From the NCBI GenBank assembly GCA_964646465.1, contig CAZYEN010000029.1, positions 2,670 to 66,669 of the forward strand: a DNA stretch of 64,000 nt, written 5' to 3'. The position numbers and the translations under genes were made by a program. Shown one piece after another: positions 47,815 through 58,733 of the stretch; the first letter of the stretch is position 1; each line of letters starts with the position of its first letter. The notes beneath the pieces were generated by a model. The model had not been told where the DNA came from. It ran no database searches and saw only the letters and a program-made list of their open reading frames with translations. The DNA comes from an uncultured Candidatus Saccharibacteria bacterium. Lineage in GTDB: Bacteria; Patescibacteriota; Minisyncoccia; SW-4-49-11.

Positions 47815-48876
47815 ATGAACATCATAGAATTTAAGGCTGAGTTTCAGTCCGTATTAGCCCAAGCTATTAAATCAAAATTTACAGAATATAGTCAGTATAC
47901 TGATGATCAGGAGATTTTAGAGATAATTAATTATGCTAAATCTATTATAGGTGGAGGAAAATGTATTCGACCTTATATGGCATATATCTTGTATGAAACC
48001 TTGGGATGTGATAACAAAGAGGTTGTTATGGATTTATTAGTATCTTTAGAAATCTTCCATTCCTTTGCATTGATACATGATGATGTAATTGATGAAGGCA
48101 AAATGCGTCATAAGGTAGAAACTTTACACACTTTTGTATCAAAAAGGATACAATATAATCATAGGACTTTTGCACACAGAATCCATTATGGCCATTCTCA
48201 GGCTATCTTGGTAGGTGATTTATTATTCTCGTGGTCCATTAGTAGATTTCATCAATTTAGTCACTTACCTTATTATAATGAAGCTTGTAAAATTTTTCAT
48301 ACAATGATAGATGAGGTGGCTATAGGACAGATGATAGATGTTAATGTTATGACTAGAGATGCAATTAGTTCTCAATTGATAGAAACTAAAATGCGACTCA
48401 AAACAGCAGGATATACTTTTGTAAGGCCAATGCAGATAGGCGTTGCACTGGCAGGTAAGGAAAAAGAACTAACCCAGTTTTGTGTGGACTTTGGGATAGC
48501 TTTGGGCTTGGCCTTTCAAACTCAAGATGATATTTTGGATGTTATTGCTGATCCGAAAATAATTAAGAAATCAGTTCTATCAGATATAAGAGAGCATCAA
48601 CATACTTTTTTAACACAATATGTGCTTGAAAATGGTAAAAACTCAGACATTGTAGAATTAGAAAAATATTGGGGAAAATCTGAATTAAATGACAGTGATC
48701 AGTTCCATATTGTTAAACTTTTCGAAAAAACTGGAGCATTATCTTATGCTAGATCTAAAGTCGCAGAATATCTAGATCAAGCTAAACAGATTACCTTAAA
48801 GGAAAAAAATATTACTGATAAAACTAAACTGGTATTAAATCAATTAATAAAGTATATCGAAGATAGAGGTTATTAA
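47815..48876 (+). CDS. Polyprenyl (GGPP-type) diphosphate synthase
   Basis: GGKCIRP, LIHDDVID, GQMID, KTAGY, FQTQDDILD. Confidence 0.9.
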   Translation: MNIIEFKAEFQSVLAQAIKSKFTEYSQYTDDQEILEIINYAKSIIGGGKCIRPYMAYILYETLGCDNKEVVMDLLVSLEIFHSFALIHDDVIDEGKMRHKVETLHTFVSKRIQYNHRTFAHRIHYGHSQAILVGDLLFSWSISRFHQFSHLPYYNEACKIFHTMIDEVAIGQMIDVNVMTRDAISSQLIETKMRLKTAGYTFVRPMQIGVALAGKEKELTQFCVDFGIALGLAFQTQDDILDVIADPKIIKKSVLSDIREHQHTFLTQYVLENGKNSDIVELEKYWGKSELNDSDQFHIVKLFEKTGALSYARSKVAEYLDQAKQITLKEKNITDKTKLVLNQLIKYIEDRGY

Positions 48877-48880
48877 GAAT

Positions 48881-49741
48881 ATGGATAAATATACTCAATC
48901 AGTAGAATCTATCACCAAGCAATTTGGAACAAGCTATTATTTTGCAACCAGATTTTTACCCATTGATTTGAGAGAGGCGACCTATGCTTTATATAGTTTT
49001 TTTCGTATTCCAGATGAGATTGTGGATAATTCCATTCACGAAAAAGAAGATTATATCTTAGCGGAACTAGAAGATTGGGAAGAAATGTGGTATAAAGCGT
49101 ATAAGGGGGAAACAACAATATATCCAATTTTAAACTTAACGAATCAAGTTTTTAAGCAATATAATATACCTTATCAGTATAGTCTAGATTTTCTAAAAGC
49201 TATGAAACAGGATGTTTATACTACAAGATATGATACATATAAGGATTTGAAAAATTATATGCATGGTTCCGCCTCAGTTGTTGGTTTAATGATGAGTTAT
49301 GTCATAGGGTTTAACAATGAAAGAGCTTTATATTATGCTTCATACTTAGGTGAAGCTATGCAACTTACTAACTTCATTAGGGATATAGGAGAAGATTATA
49401 AAGAAAGAGGTCGAATTTATTTACCTCAAGAAGATATGAATAAGTATAGTGTAAAAGAAATAGATATTAAAGATAATAAAGTTACTGATAATTTTATTGA
49501 ATTAATAAAATTTGAAATTAAGAGAGCAAGAAGTTTATATAGAAAATCTGATAAAGGTATTAAATATCTCAATAAAAGAGGTAGATTTGCTGTTATAATG
49601 GCAAGTCGTATGTATGAAGCTATTTTAGATAAAGTAGAGCAAAATAATTATAATGTTTTAACTAGAAGAGCAAGAACTTCTAAAAGAGAAAAAATATATA
49701 TATTGGGTAAATCAGCTTTAGAATATGGATTTCAAGGCTGA
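48881..49741 (+). CDS. crtB: Phytoene/squalene synthase family protein
   Basis: GTSYYFATRFLP, PDEIVD, SVVGLM, QLTNFIRDIGED, GRIYLP. Confidence 0.88.
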   Translation: MDKYTQSVESITKQFGTSYYFATRFLPIDLREATYALYSFFRIPDEIVDNSIHEKEDYILAELEDWEEMWYKAYKGETTIYPILNLTNQVFKQYNIPYQYSLDFLKAMKQDVYTTRYDTYKDLKNYMHGSASVVGLMMSYVIGFNNERALYYASYLGEAMQLTNFIRDIGEDYKERGRIYLPQEDMNKYSVKEIDIKDNKVTDNFIELIKFEIKRARSLYRKSDKGIKYLNKRGRFAVIMASRMYEAILDKVEQNNYNVLTRRARTSKREKIYILGKSALEYGFQG

Positions 49742-49807
49742 AGCTTTTGTATTTGAATATACTTAATATATATGATATAATTGATTTAATACTAAATAAT
49801 AAGTAAT

Positions 49808-50881
49808 ATGGCAAAGAATAAATCCAAATCTACAGACAAGATTAGTAAGAATGATAAAATACAATCAGTATTAGAAGATATAAAAAGTAAATTCGGAGAT
49901 GAGTCAATGATGAAATTGGGAGATGTCAAAAAAGTTGACATTAAAGCTTATTCAACTGGATCTATTTCTCTTGATAGAGCTCTTGGAATTGGCGGAATGC
50001 CACAAGGAAGAATTATAGAAATTTATGGGCCAGAATCCAGTGGTAAAACCACTATTTGTTTGCAAGTAATTGCTAATGCCCAAAAAGAAGGAGGAGTGGC
50101 TGCTTTTATAGATACAGAACATGCTTTGGATCCAGAATATGCAAAAAAATTAAAAGTTAATACGGATGATCTTTTGATTTCTCAGCCTAATACAGGAGAG
50201 GAAGCTTTATCTATTGTAGAGGCTTTGGTGCATTCAGGGAATGTAGATATTATTGTATTAGACTCAGTTGCTGCTATTGTTCCTAAAGCAGAAATTGAGG
50301 GTGATATGGGAGACTCACATGTAGCAATTCAGGCCAGATTAATGTCCCAGGCTCTTCGTAAGTTAACAGCTATTTCAGCTAAAGCTAATACTACAATTAT
50401 TTTTACCAATCAAACTCGTATGAAAATTGGAATGATGGGATATGGTAGTCCAGTTGAAACTCCAGGTGGTAAAGCTTTAAAATTTTATGCTTCAGTTAGA
50501 ATAGAAATTAAAAGAGTAGCTCAGATTAAGAAAGGAGAAGAGGTTATTGGAGCTAGAACTAAAGCTAAAATTGTTAAGAATAAAGTTGCTGCACCATTCA
50601 AGGTTGCAGAATTTGATATTATGTATAATGAGGGAGTCTCTCTTGAGACAGATTTAATTAATTTGGCACTTAAAGTGGGTGTTCTTAAGAAAAAAGGTAC
50701 ATATATTCAAGATTTAGAAGGTAATACTTTAGGTCAAGGTTTAGAATCAGCTAGAAAAGCCTTAAGAGATAATCCGGAGTTATTACAGCAAGTATATGCT
50801 GATGTATTAGCTAAGGAAGATGCTAATATTGATAGTATAGATACGGTTGATAGTGTCATTGCTAATTCTGTGGAAGAGTAA
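49808..50881 (+). CDS. recA: Recombinase RecA
   Basis: [33 protein letters not shown]. Confidence 0.98.
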   Translation: MAKNKSKSTDKISKNDKIQSVLEDIKSKFGDESMMKLGDVKKVDIKAYSTGSISLDRALGIGGMPQGRIIEIYGPESSGKTTICLQVIANAQKEGGVAAFIDTEHALDPEYAKKLKVNTDDLLISQPNTGEEALSIVEALVHSGNVDIIVLDSVAAIVPKAEIEGDMGDSHVAIQARLMSQALRKLTAISAKANTTIIFTNQTRMKIGMMGYGSPVETPGGKALKFYASVRIEIKRVAQIKKGEEVIGARTKAKIVKNKVAAPFKVAEFDIMYNEGVSLETDLINLALKVGVLKKKGTYIQDLEGNTLGQGLESARKALRDNPELLQQVYADVLAKEDANIDSIDTVDSVIANSVEE

Positions 50882-50883
50882 AT

Positions 50884-51642
50884 ATGGCTTATACCTTAGT
50901 GTTAATGCGACATGGAGAGAGTGTTTGGAATCAGCTAGATAAATTTACTGGTTGGACTGATGTTGAATTATCTACTAAAGGTATTCAAGAAGCGAAAACA
51001 GCTGGGGTAATGTTGCTACAAAATGGTTTTGAATTTGATATAGCTTATACTTCTATGTTAGATAGAGCTATAGATACATTACAATATGCATTAGAAGGAG
51101 CCCATATGACCTGGATACCTGTCGTTAAGGACTGGCATCTCAACGAAAGACATTATGGCGGTTTGCAGGGTAAAAATAAAGCTGAATCTATAGATGAATT
51201 TGGAGAGTATCAGGTAAAAGTGTGGAGAAGAGCATTTGCTATTAAACCTCCATTATTATCTGAGTATGATTCTAGATATCCTGCTAATGATGAGAGATAC
51301 ATTGATATCCCAGCTGAACAACTTCCTATTGGAGAGTCTCTCAAGGATACTTTAGATAGAGTTCAGCCATATTGGGAATCAGAGTTAAAACCAGCTATTT
51401 TATCTGGCAAAAGGTTAGTTATTTCAGCTCACGGTAATAGTTTAAGAGCTCTGTTGAAATTTTTAGAAAATATTTCAGATAATAAAATTATTGATATAGA
51501 AATACCAACTGGAAATCCATTGATTTATGAATTAGAAGAACATACATTAAAAGTTTTAAAGAAATATTACTTAATAGATATAAAAAATAAAAGTAATAAA
51601 AATATATTTAGTAAATTGAAATCTATTTTTAAATTAACTTAA
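50884..51642 (+). CDS. gpmA: 2,3-BPG-dependent phosphoglycerate mutase
   Basis: RHGES, LNERHYG, AHGNSLR. Confidence 0.95.
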   Translation: MAYTLVLMRHGESVWNQLDKFTGWTDVELSTKGIQEAKTAGVMLLQNGFEFDIAYTSMLDRAIDTLQYALEGAHMTWIPVVKDWHLNERHYGGLQGKNKAESIDEFGEYQVKVWRRAFAIKPPLLSEYDSRYPANDERYIDIPAEQLPIGESLKDTLDRVQPYWESELKPAILSGKRLVISAHGNSLRALLKFLENISDNKIIDIEIPTGNPLIYELEEHTLKVLKKYYLIDIKNKSNKNIFSKLKSIFKLT

Positions 51643-51645
51643 ATT

Positions 51646-52323
51646 ATGTCAAAGATTATTTTAGTAAGACATGGTGATAGTCAATGGGATCAAGAAAATA
51701 GATTTATAGGTTGGGTAGATGTTCCGTTATTGGAAAGGAAAGATTTACTTAAGAATATAGGTAACGTATTATTAAATAATAATACGGATATAGATGTTGT
51801 TATAACATCAACATTAGAAAGATCAATTGTAAGTGCTTGGACTATTATGAATAGTATGTATCATTCTTGGATAACAGAAATACATGATTGGCGACTAAAC
51901 CCAAGACATTATGGAATAATACAGGGCTTAACCTATCAAGAGGCTATTTTAAAATACCCTAATATTAATGAGATTAATTTGAGTTGGGATCAAACGGTAA
52001 ACCCAATTGCATTAGATGATAAAAATCATCCCAGGTATGATAGGAGGTATTCTAATGTAGAACCAGAAAAATTACCTTCAGTTGAAAGTTTAAAAGATGT
52101 TTATTCAAGGGTAGAGACTTTCATTACAGATGTCTTATTGCCAATCTTGGCTAAAAATGAGAATATTTTAATTGTTGCTCATCATGATAGTATTCGTTCT
52201 ATATTAAAATATTTTCAAAAATTATCGATTGAGGATACTATTGCATTTAATATTAATCCTTCTCATTCTATAGTATTAGAGTATGATGCTAATACAGGAA
52301 TATCAACTCAATCTCTCTTATAA
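51646..52323 (+). CDS. Degenerate GpmA paralog
   Basis: RHGDSQW, LNPRHYG, AHHDSIR. Confidence 0.85.
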   Translation: MSKIILVRHGDSQWDQENRFIGWVDVPLLERKDLLKNIGNVLLNNNTDIDVVITSTLERSIVSAWTIMNSMYHSWITEIHDWRLNPRHYGIIQGLTYQEAILKYPNINEINLSWDQTVNPIALDDKNHPRYDRRYSNVEPEKLPSVESLKDVYSRVETFITDVLLPILAKNENILIVAHHDSIRSILKYFQKLSIEDTIAFNINPSHSIVLEYDANTGISTQSLL

Positions 52324-52345
52324 ATATAATTAAATTATTGAGTAT

Positions 52346-55315
52346 ATGTATAATCATAGAATTATTGAACAGAAATGGGTTCAAAAGTGGTCCGAGGGAT
52401 TTGTAGATTACACAATTAATCCTCAAACATCTGAGGATAAAAAATATATTTTAGTTGAATTCCCTTTCCCTTCAGGAGCTGGACTTCATGTAGGACATAT
52501 CAGAAGTTATGTAGCTCAGGACATTAAAGCTAGAATATATAGAATGCAAGGAAATCAGGTGTTATATCCCATAGGTTGGGATGCTTTTGGTTTGCCAACA
52601 GAAAATTATGCTATTAAAAATAATATATCCCCAGCAGTAGCAACAGCAGATAATATAAAGAATTTTAAAAAACAATTAGCAGTCCTAGGGTTGTCTTTTG
52701 ATTGGAGTCGTGAAATCAATACCACTGACCCTAAATATTATAAATGGACTCAATGGATTTGGCTACAAATGTTTAAGTCAGGCCTTGCCTATCAAGATAC
52801 CACTCAAGTTTGGTGGTGTGAAGAATTAAAGACTGTCTTAGCTAATGAAGAGGTGATTGATGGTAAATCAGAGCGGGGAGGACATCCTTGTATTAGAGTT
52901 CCACTTCGGCAATGGATGTTAGCTATTACTAAGTATGCAGATAGATTAGACCGAGATTTAGAAAAAGTAGATTATTTACCAATTATCAAAACTCAACAAA
53001 GAAATTGGATAGGACGTAGTGAGGGGTTTGAGTTAAAATTTCAAGTTCAAGATATAGATCAGAATATAGAAATATTCACCACTAGAATCGATACTATTTT
53101 TGGAGTGACTTTTTTAGTTTTAGCTCCGGAACATCCACTTTTAGATAAAATTGTAAAAGCAGAATATAAGAATCAAGTTAAAGAGTATCAAGAGCAAACA
53201 AAATCTAAAAGTGATCTTGACAGACAACAAAGTAAAGATAAAACCGGGGTATTTACTGGAGCTTATGCTATACATCCACTAACAGAAGAACTAATCCCAA
53301 TTTGGATAGCTGATTATGTATTGGCAAGTTATGGTACAGGGGCTATAATGGCGGTCCCTGCCCACGATGAGAGAGATCAGGAATTTGCCAAAGAGTTTGG
53401 ATTATCTATTAAGCAGGTAGTTGCTCAATATACTACTCTTACAGGGCAAGATGCTCCAAAGAGTGATGAAAATATTGTGGAATTTGATGCTGCAACGGTA
53501 ATTATTAAACATTGGGTAGAAGAGTTATATTATGTCGTTCAATTTAGTAATAAAGCACAAGGTTTTGTTGGGGGGCATGTTGAATTAGGTGAGACAACAG
53601 AACAAACCGCAATTCGTGAGACGGCAGAAGAATCTGGATATATAGATATTAAAAATATTGAGCAGCTTATAGCACATGCATATGGCCGTGGATATAAGCC
53701 ACGTAAATCAAGAGAGGAATTATGCCATGATTCTCTTTACTTAATACATTTGAAAAGTGGTGAGAGGGTTGATGTTAATGATCATGAGATTAAAAATGGT
53801 GACTGGCTGAGTGCAGAAGAAATTGTAAGATCACAATTATTTTCTGATGGACACCGTTTATTTTTTGAATATTATCTCAATCAAAAACCATTTACAGGGT
53901 ATGGAAAACTTGTTAACTCAGGAGAATTTGATGGACTATTTTCAGAAGAGGCAAAGAAATCTATTATTACAATATTAGAAGAGCAAAATATCGGACACAG
54001 AAAAGTCCAATATAAACTTCGTGATTGGGTTTTCTCCAGACAAAGATATTGGGGAGAACCATTTCCTATTGTTTGGATAATTGAAGAGCATTATAAAAAA
54101 ATATCAGGAGAGATTGCTAGATTTTTACCTAGTCAAGCAGTAACTAGAGAAATAGAGGGGGTATTGCAGTATGCTGTCCCAATTGCAGTTTCAGATTTGC
54201 CATTAGAATTACCAGAAGTAGATTCTTATGTCCCTCAAGGATTAGGTGAAAGCCCATTAGCTCAAGCTACAGATTGGTTAGAAGTTTGGTATAATGTCCA
54301 AACTGGCCAAGCCATATCCAGGCAAAATCACAAGCCAGATAGTAATTGGGTAGAAGCCTTACGAGAAACCGATACAATGCCTAATTGGGCAGGAAGTTCT
54401 TGGTATTATCTTAGATATATTGATCCTAATAATGATGAGAAATTAGCTGACCCAGAATTATTAAAAAATTGGCTACCAGTATACTTATATAATGGAGGAA
54501 TGGAGCATGTTACATTACATCTATTATATTCAAGATTTTGGCATAAATTTTTATATGATATTGGAGTAGTCCATACCATAGAACCATATCAGACCAGAAT
54601 TAAGCACGGTATGATTTTAGCTGAAGGTGGTGTAAAAATGTCCAAGTCCAAAGGGAATACTGTTGACCCGATTGAAATGGTAGAGTCATTTGGAGCAGAT
54701 TCTCTGAGAGTTTATGAAATGTTTATGGGGCCTTATGATGAAGCCATAGCTTGGGACACTAAAGGTTTAATTGGATGTAGTCGCTTTTTAAAAAGAATCT
54801 ATCAATGGGTAAATGATATGAAAGAGCAAAAATTACAACCCAATAATGATAAAGCTAATCTAGACTATGAGACACATTCATTAATCAAGAAAATTACTCA
54901 AGATATAGATAATCAGAAATATAATACTTGTGTTAGTAGTTTGATGGAATATCTTAATTTATACAATACTCAAGATATAGGTATAGATAATATTAAAATA
55001 TATATTAAATTATTAGCTCCATTTGCCCCACATTTAACAGAAGAATTATGGGAAATAGTAGGGGAGAAGAATACAGTACATAAGTCCATATGGCCAATTT
55101 ATGATGATACTAAATTAGTCCAAAGCCAGTTAGATTATCAAATCCATATCAATGGTAAAATGCGAGATATCATCACAGTATCGAATGCATCCAACGAGGA
55201 AGAAATTCAAATACAAGCCCTCAACTCAGACAAAGTAAAACATATTCTGTCAGACAATATTCCAAAAAAAATTATAATAAATCAAGATAAACAAATAGTA
55301 ATAATTATTGTATAG
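52346..55315 (+). CDS. leuS: Leucine--tRNA ligase with an inserted Nudix domain
   Basis: HVGH, KMSKS, GAIMAVPAHDERD; Nudix box GHVELGETTEQTAIRETAEESG. Confidence 0.96.
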   Translation: MYNHRIIEQKWVQKWSEGFVDYTINPQTSEDKKYILVEFPFPSGAGLHVGHIRSYVAQDIKARIYRMQGNQVLYPIGWDAFGLPTENYAIKNNISPAVATADNIKNFKKQLAVLGLSFDWSREINTTDPKYYKWTQWIWLQMFKSGLAYQDTTQVWWCEELKTVLANEEVIDGKSERGGHPCIRVPLRQWMLAITKYADRLDRDLEKVDYLPIIKTQQRNWIGRSEGFELKFQVQDIDQNIEIFTTRIDTIFGVTFLVLAPEHPLLDKIVKAEYKNQVKEYQEQTKSKSDLDRQQSKDKTGVFTGAYAIHPLTEELIPIWIADYVLASYGTGAIMAVPAHDERDQEFAKEFGLSIKQVVAQYTTLTGQDAPKSDENIVEFDAATVIIKHWVEELYYVVQFSNKAQGFVGGHVELGETTEQTAIRETAEESGYIDIKNIEQLIAHAYGRGYKPRKSREELCHDSLYLIHLKSGERVDVNDHEIKNGDWLSAEEIVRSQLFSDGHRLFFEYYLNQKPFTGYGKLVNSGEFDGLFSEEAKKSIITILEEQNIGHRKVQYKLRDWVFSRQRYWGEPFPIVWIIEEHYKKISGEIARFLPSQAVTREIEGVLQYAVPIAVSDLPLELPEVDSYVPQGLGESPLAQATDWLEVWYNVQTGQAISRQNHKPDSNWVEALRETDTMPNWAGSSWYYLRYIDPNNDEKLADPELLKNWLPVYLYNGGMEHVTLHLLYSRFWHKFLYDIGVVHTIEPYQTRIKHGMILAEGGVKMSKSKGNTVDPIEMVESFGADSLRVYEMFMGPYDEAIAWDTKGLIGCSRFLKRIYQWVNDMKEQKLQPNNDKANLDYETHSLIKKITQDIDNQKYNTCVSSLMEYLNLYNTQDIGIDNIKIYIKLLAPFAPHLTEELWEIVGEKNTVHKSIWPIYDDTKLVQSQLDYQIHINGKMRDIITVSNASNEEEIQIQALNSDKVKHILSDNIPKKIIINQDKQIVIIIV

Positions 55316-55482
55316 TAGAGTTTGGCCTAAAATTTTACCCTCTTTAAGGGTTTTTTACCTCGATAGAAGAGATGATTTTAGTTAACTGAAATTTATTTCA
55401 CTACGATATGGATATAATTTTTATAGCTTAGGGTTTATTCTCCTCCATACATATATTTAAAGCACCCACTTCCAAGCTAAAT

Positions 55483-57102
55483 TTAACTCTTATATCCCTT
55501 ACGAATATATTCTAGTACCATGCGATGAGTATTATAATAGCTTCCAATTAAAGATATAGCTGATCTTTGCATTTTGCTAAATTTATCTCTATCATTATAA
55601 AATACATCAATGGCATTATTAATATTGTCATACATACTATTAATCTCCTGATACTCATCACTGCCGGCAATTGTCCATCCATTGACATTATGTATCCCAC
55701 TTTCTGGCCACCAACCATCATAGGTTGAAATATTCAAAACTCCATTTAAGGAGGCTTTCATACCACTTGTACCAGAGGCTTCATAGCAAATTCTTGGAGT
55801 ATTCAGCCAAACATCAACTCCGCTAACTAATAGTTTTGACATCTCCATACTATAATTTGGTAGATAAATTATTTTTAGATATTCATTATTATACTCTTTC
55901 GCAATAGATAATATTCTTTTAATGATGTCTGCACCTACTAAATCTGTATGATAGGCTTTACCGGCAAATATAATGTTAATCCCTTTATACTTTTCAGCTA
56001 AACTAACTAATCTTTCAATATCTGAAAAAATTAAATGAGCCCTTTTATATTCAGTTGCTCTTCTAGCAAATCCGATAGTAAATGCATTGGGTAGAAAATC
56101 TATATTTGTCTGTTGTATTAGATAATTAGCTAGATTATCTTTATTAATTTGATGGGCTTGTTTTATATCTTCAGCTGGAATTCCTTCTACATATCTTAAT
56201 ATCTCAGGATGCATTTGCCAACTGGGAAAATATGATTGTAAAACCTGATTGATTGAACTCGAAACCCAAGTAGGGCTATGAATGCCATTGGTAACATAGT
56301 CAATTTTATGTTCAGGAAACATGGCAGAAGAAACCTCTTGATGTTTGGCTGATACAGCATTGGAATAGTCTGCTAAAGACAGAGCTAATCTAGTTAAATT
56401 AATTGTATCTTCAGCTTCAAAAGCTTCTTTTGGTATATTTTGTAATTGCTCTGGCTTACATATATTCCTTAGCCATTCTATTGGTAATCTAGTATGTCCC
56501 CCAATTAGAGGTGTGTGTGTGGTAAAGACAACCTGTGCTGTTGGATGGTCTATTTCTAAAGCAATTAAAGCACTATGACTTTCATTTAGATGAAATGTAT
56601 GTATTTCTGTACATCCAAGGATATTGAGAGCATATTTACTACCAAGTCCTAATACTAATAATTGTCTTCTGAAAATTTCTGAATCGGGGGAATAAACTTT
56701 ATCTGATACGGCTCTGAATTCAGCTGAGTTTTCTTCTAAGTCAGTATCTAGGAGAAGAATAGAAATTGATTTATTGGATAGGGGAGAAGTATATATAAAT
56801 TCCCAGATGTTGACCTTAACTATTTCATTGGCAAGGGGTATGGTGGTTTTTCCAATTAAATTTAGGAGTTTAATATAATCCCATTCTTGGGGATGAGCAA
56901 TTTGTCCATCCATATCATCTAGAGTCTGATCTAGATACCCGTGTTTATATAGTATACCAACTCCTACTACAGGTAAACCTAGATCAGCATAGCTTTTTAT
57001 TGTATCTCCTGCTAGTATGCCAAGTCCTCCGGTGTATAATTTTATATCATCAGATAGCCCAAATTCCATACAAATATAGGCAGTTTTTGGTGTATAATTC
57101 AT
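55483..57102 (-). CDS. glgP: Alpha-glucan (glycogen) phosphorylase
   Basis: GGLGILAGD, HLNESH, FARRATEYKR, EASGTSGMK. Confidence 0.93.
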   Translation of the reverse strand: MNYTPKTAYICMEFGLSDDIKLYTGGLGILAGDTIKSYADLGLPVVGVGILYKHGYLDQTLDDMDGQIAHPQEWDYIKLLNLIGKTTIPLANEIVKVNIWEFIYTSPLSNKSISILLLDTDLEENSAEFRAVSDKVYSPDSEIFRRQLLVLGLGSKYALNILGCTEIHTFHLNESHSALIALEIDHPTAQVVFTTHTPLIGGHTRLPIEWLRNICKPEQLQNIPKEAFEAEDTINLTRLALSLADYSNAVSAKHQEVSSAMFPEHKIDYVTNGIHSPTWVSSSINQVLQSYFPSWQMHPEILRYVEGIPAEDIKQAHQINKDNLANYLIQQTNIDFLPNAFTIGFARRATEYKRAHLIFSDIERLVSLAEKYKGINIIFAGKAYHTDLVGADIIKRILSIAKEYNNEYLKIIYLPNYSMEMSKLLVSGVDVWLNTPRICYEASGTSGMKASLNGVLNISTYDGWWPESGIHNVNGWTIAGSDEYQEINSMYDNINNAIDVFYNDRDKFSKMQRSAISLIGSYYNTHRMVLEYIRKGYKS

Positions 57103-57154
57103 TTTTATTAATCTTTATATGTTATTTACTAAGTATAACATATTATTGAAAAAT

Positions 57155-57177
57155 AAAAAATCCCCAATTTGGGGAAT
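57155..57177 (-). terminator. rpmA terminator
   Basis: A-run then tcccca-att-tgggga. Confidence 0.6.
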
Positions 57178-57206
57178 ATTTTATTACAGTATAAAGAAGA
57201 TTATAT

Positions 57207-57479
57207 TTAGACTACGGAAACAGTTTTAACTATTTTTCTCTTTCCAGTAAAAGATGTCTTTTTAGTGTCTTTAAATGCAATCACTCCATTGGCTACAGAA
57301 TACAAAGTATCATCAGCTCCTTTCGCTACATTTAGTCCAGGATGAAACTTGGTTCCTCTTTGTCTAATAATAATTTGTCCTTTCTCTACTTTTTGTCCAG
57401 CGTATAGTTTAACTCCAAGGTATTTTGGATTTGAATCTCGTCCTAAAGTTGTAGATCCACCAGCTTTTCTATGTGCCAT
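57207..57479 (-). CDS. rpmA: 50S ribosomal protein L27
   Basis: [14 protein letters not shown]...LGVK...IRQRGT; ATG 57479. Confidence 0.97.
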   Translation of the reverse strand: MAHRKAGGSTTLGRDSNPKYLGVKLYAGQKVEKGQIIIRQRGTKFHPGLNVAKGADDTLYSVANGVIAFKDTKKTSFTGKRKIVKTVSVV

Positions 57480-57516
57480 ATCGAATATTATTACTATATA
57501 TGATATAATAATACAT

Positions 57517-57909
57517 ATGAAACATAAATTTGTCAAGAAGATTGAAGTCTTTTTACTAGCTATGTCAGCTATATTAATAGGTGGCAGCGCTTATCTTATT
57601 GGGAATATGAATGCTCTTGAATCGAATCTAAGTGAAATCCAGATAGTTTATCCAGGTTCCATTGTTACTCAACCTGATACGACAATTAAGGGAATTAAGT
57701 CAAATCAAACTATAACTAAACCTATTGATAATACTGTATCTACCATAGATACGGGTAAAATAGTTGCTAGTAAAAATGGTAAAAGATATTATTATCCAAA
57801 TTGTGGCGGGATTAATAGAATTAAATCAGAAAATCGTATATACTTTGATACAAAGGAGCAGGCAGAAGCTAAGGGCTTGACTCTTGCTTCAGGATGTAAA
57901 GCACTATGA
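57517..57909 (+). CDS. Membrane-anchored protein with C-terminal Ada-like metal-binding domain
   Basis: TM, then [14 protein letters not shown]...I...[10 protein letters not shown]...C; ATG 57517. Confidence 0.75.
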   Translation: MKHKFVKKIEVFLLAMSAILIGGSAYLIGNMNALESNLSEIQIVYPGSIVTQPDTTIKGIKSNQTITKPIDNTVSTIDTGKIVASKNGKRYYYPNCGGINRIKSENRIYFDTKEQAEAKGLTLASGCKAL

Positions 57910-58730
57910 GAAAAACTTATATTCCAAAGACATATAATAGAAATGAAAAAACAATTGCTAGGTCTAAATCTAGAAATTTAATTATAGATTTATTAAAGTT
58001 TATAATGGTAGCCTTGATAATAGGTGGAATTGGATATATATTGTATTCACCAATTTTAAATATAATTCGTTTTGAAGTTAACTTAGAAGACGCAGTACTG
58101 AAAGATGACATTATATCTAGAACACAAAACCTGGTAGAAGATCAAACTTATTGGTGGTATAATAATAAGAATATAATTTTACTAAAAGCTAAAGAATTAG
58201 AAAAATACTTATTACAAGAGTTTCCACAAATTAAAAGTGCTGTAATTAAAAGAAATTTATTTGATAGAGTGATAGATTTAGATATTATACTTAGAACTGC
58301 TACTTTTTATAGTTGTTATGATGAGATCTGCTATAATATAAGTGAAGATGGCTTTAATATGGGGGCTAATCCAGTTTTAGATGCAAACTTAGTTGAAATA
58401 AAAGGATTATCTACAAAACAAGTTGGAGAAACATTTCTCTCGGAAAGAGAAATGAATTGGCTTAAGAATATTGTAGAGGAATACAATACAATAGATAATA
58501 TTAAAATTAATACTATTTATATTCAGCAAAAATCTAAAGATAGTATAGATAGTGTTTTGGTCTATACAGAAAAGGGATATTATATTATGCTAGATTTAGA
58601 TACAGATATAATTTATCAGGCACAAGTATTAAAGCAAGTATTTATTTCTCAAATTCCTTTAGAGAGGCAAAATTCATTAGAGTATATTGATTTGAGAATA
58701 AAAGATAGAGCTTATTATAAATTCAAGTAA
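57906..58730 (+). CDS. ftsQ: Cell division protein FtsQ/DivIB-like
   Basis: Single TM, POTRA-like FPQIKSA segment, C-terminal EYIDLR. Confidence 0.75.
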   Translation: MRKTYIPKTYNRNEKTIARSKSRNLIIDLLKFIMVALIIGGIGYILYSPILNIIRFEVNLEDAVLKDDIISRTQNLVEDQTYWWYNNKNIILLKAKELEKYLLQEFPQIKSAVIKRNLFDRVIDLDIILRTATFYSCYDEICYNISEDGFNMGANPVLDANLVEIKGLSTKQVGETFLSEREMNWLKNIVEEYNTIDNIKINTIYIQQKSKDSIDSVLVYTEKGYYIMLDLDTDIIYQAQVLKQVFISQIPLERQNSLEYIDLRIKDRAYYKFK

Positions 58731-58733
58731 TCT

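Noticed and set aside
57349-57516. N-terminal extensions of the 57349 ORF and of rpmA
   Set aside because: They overlap each other; ATG 57517 and ATG 57479 give sensible proteins
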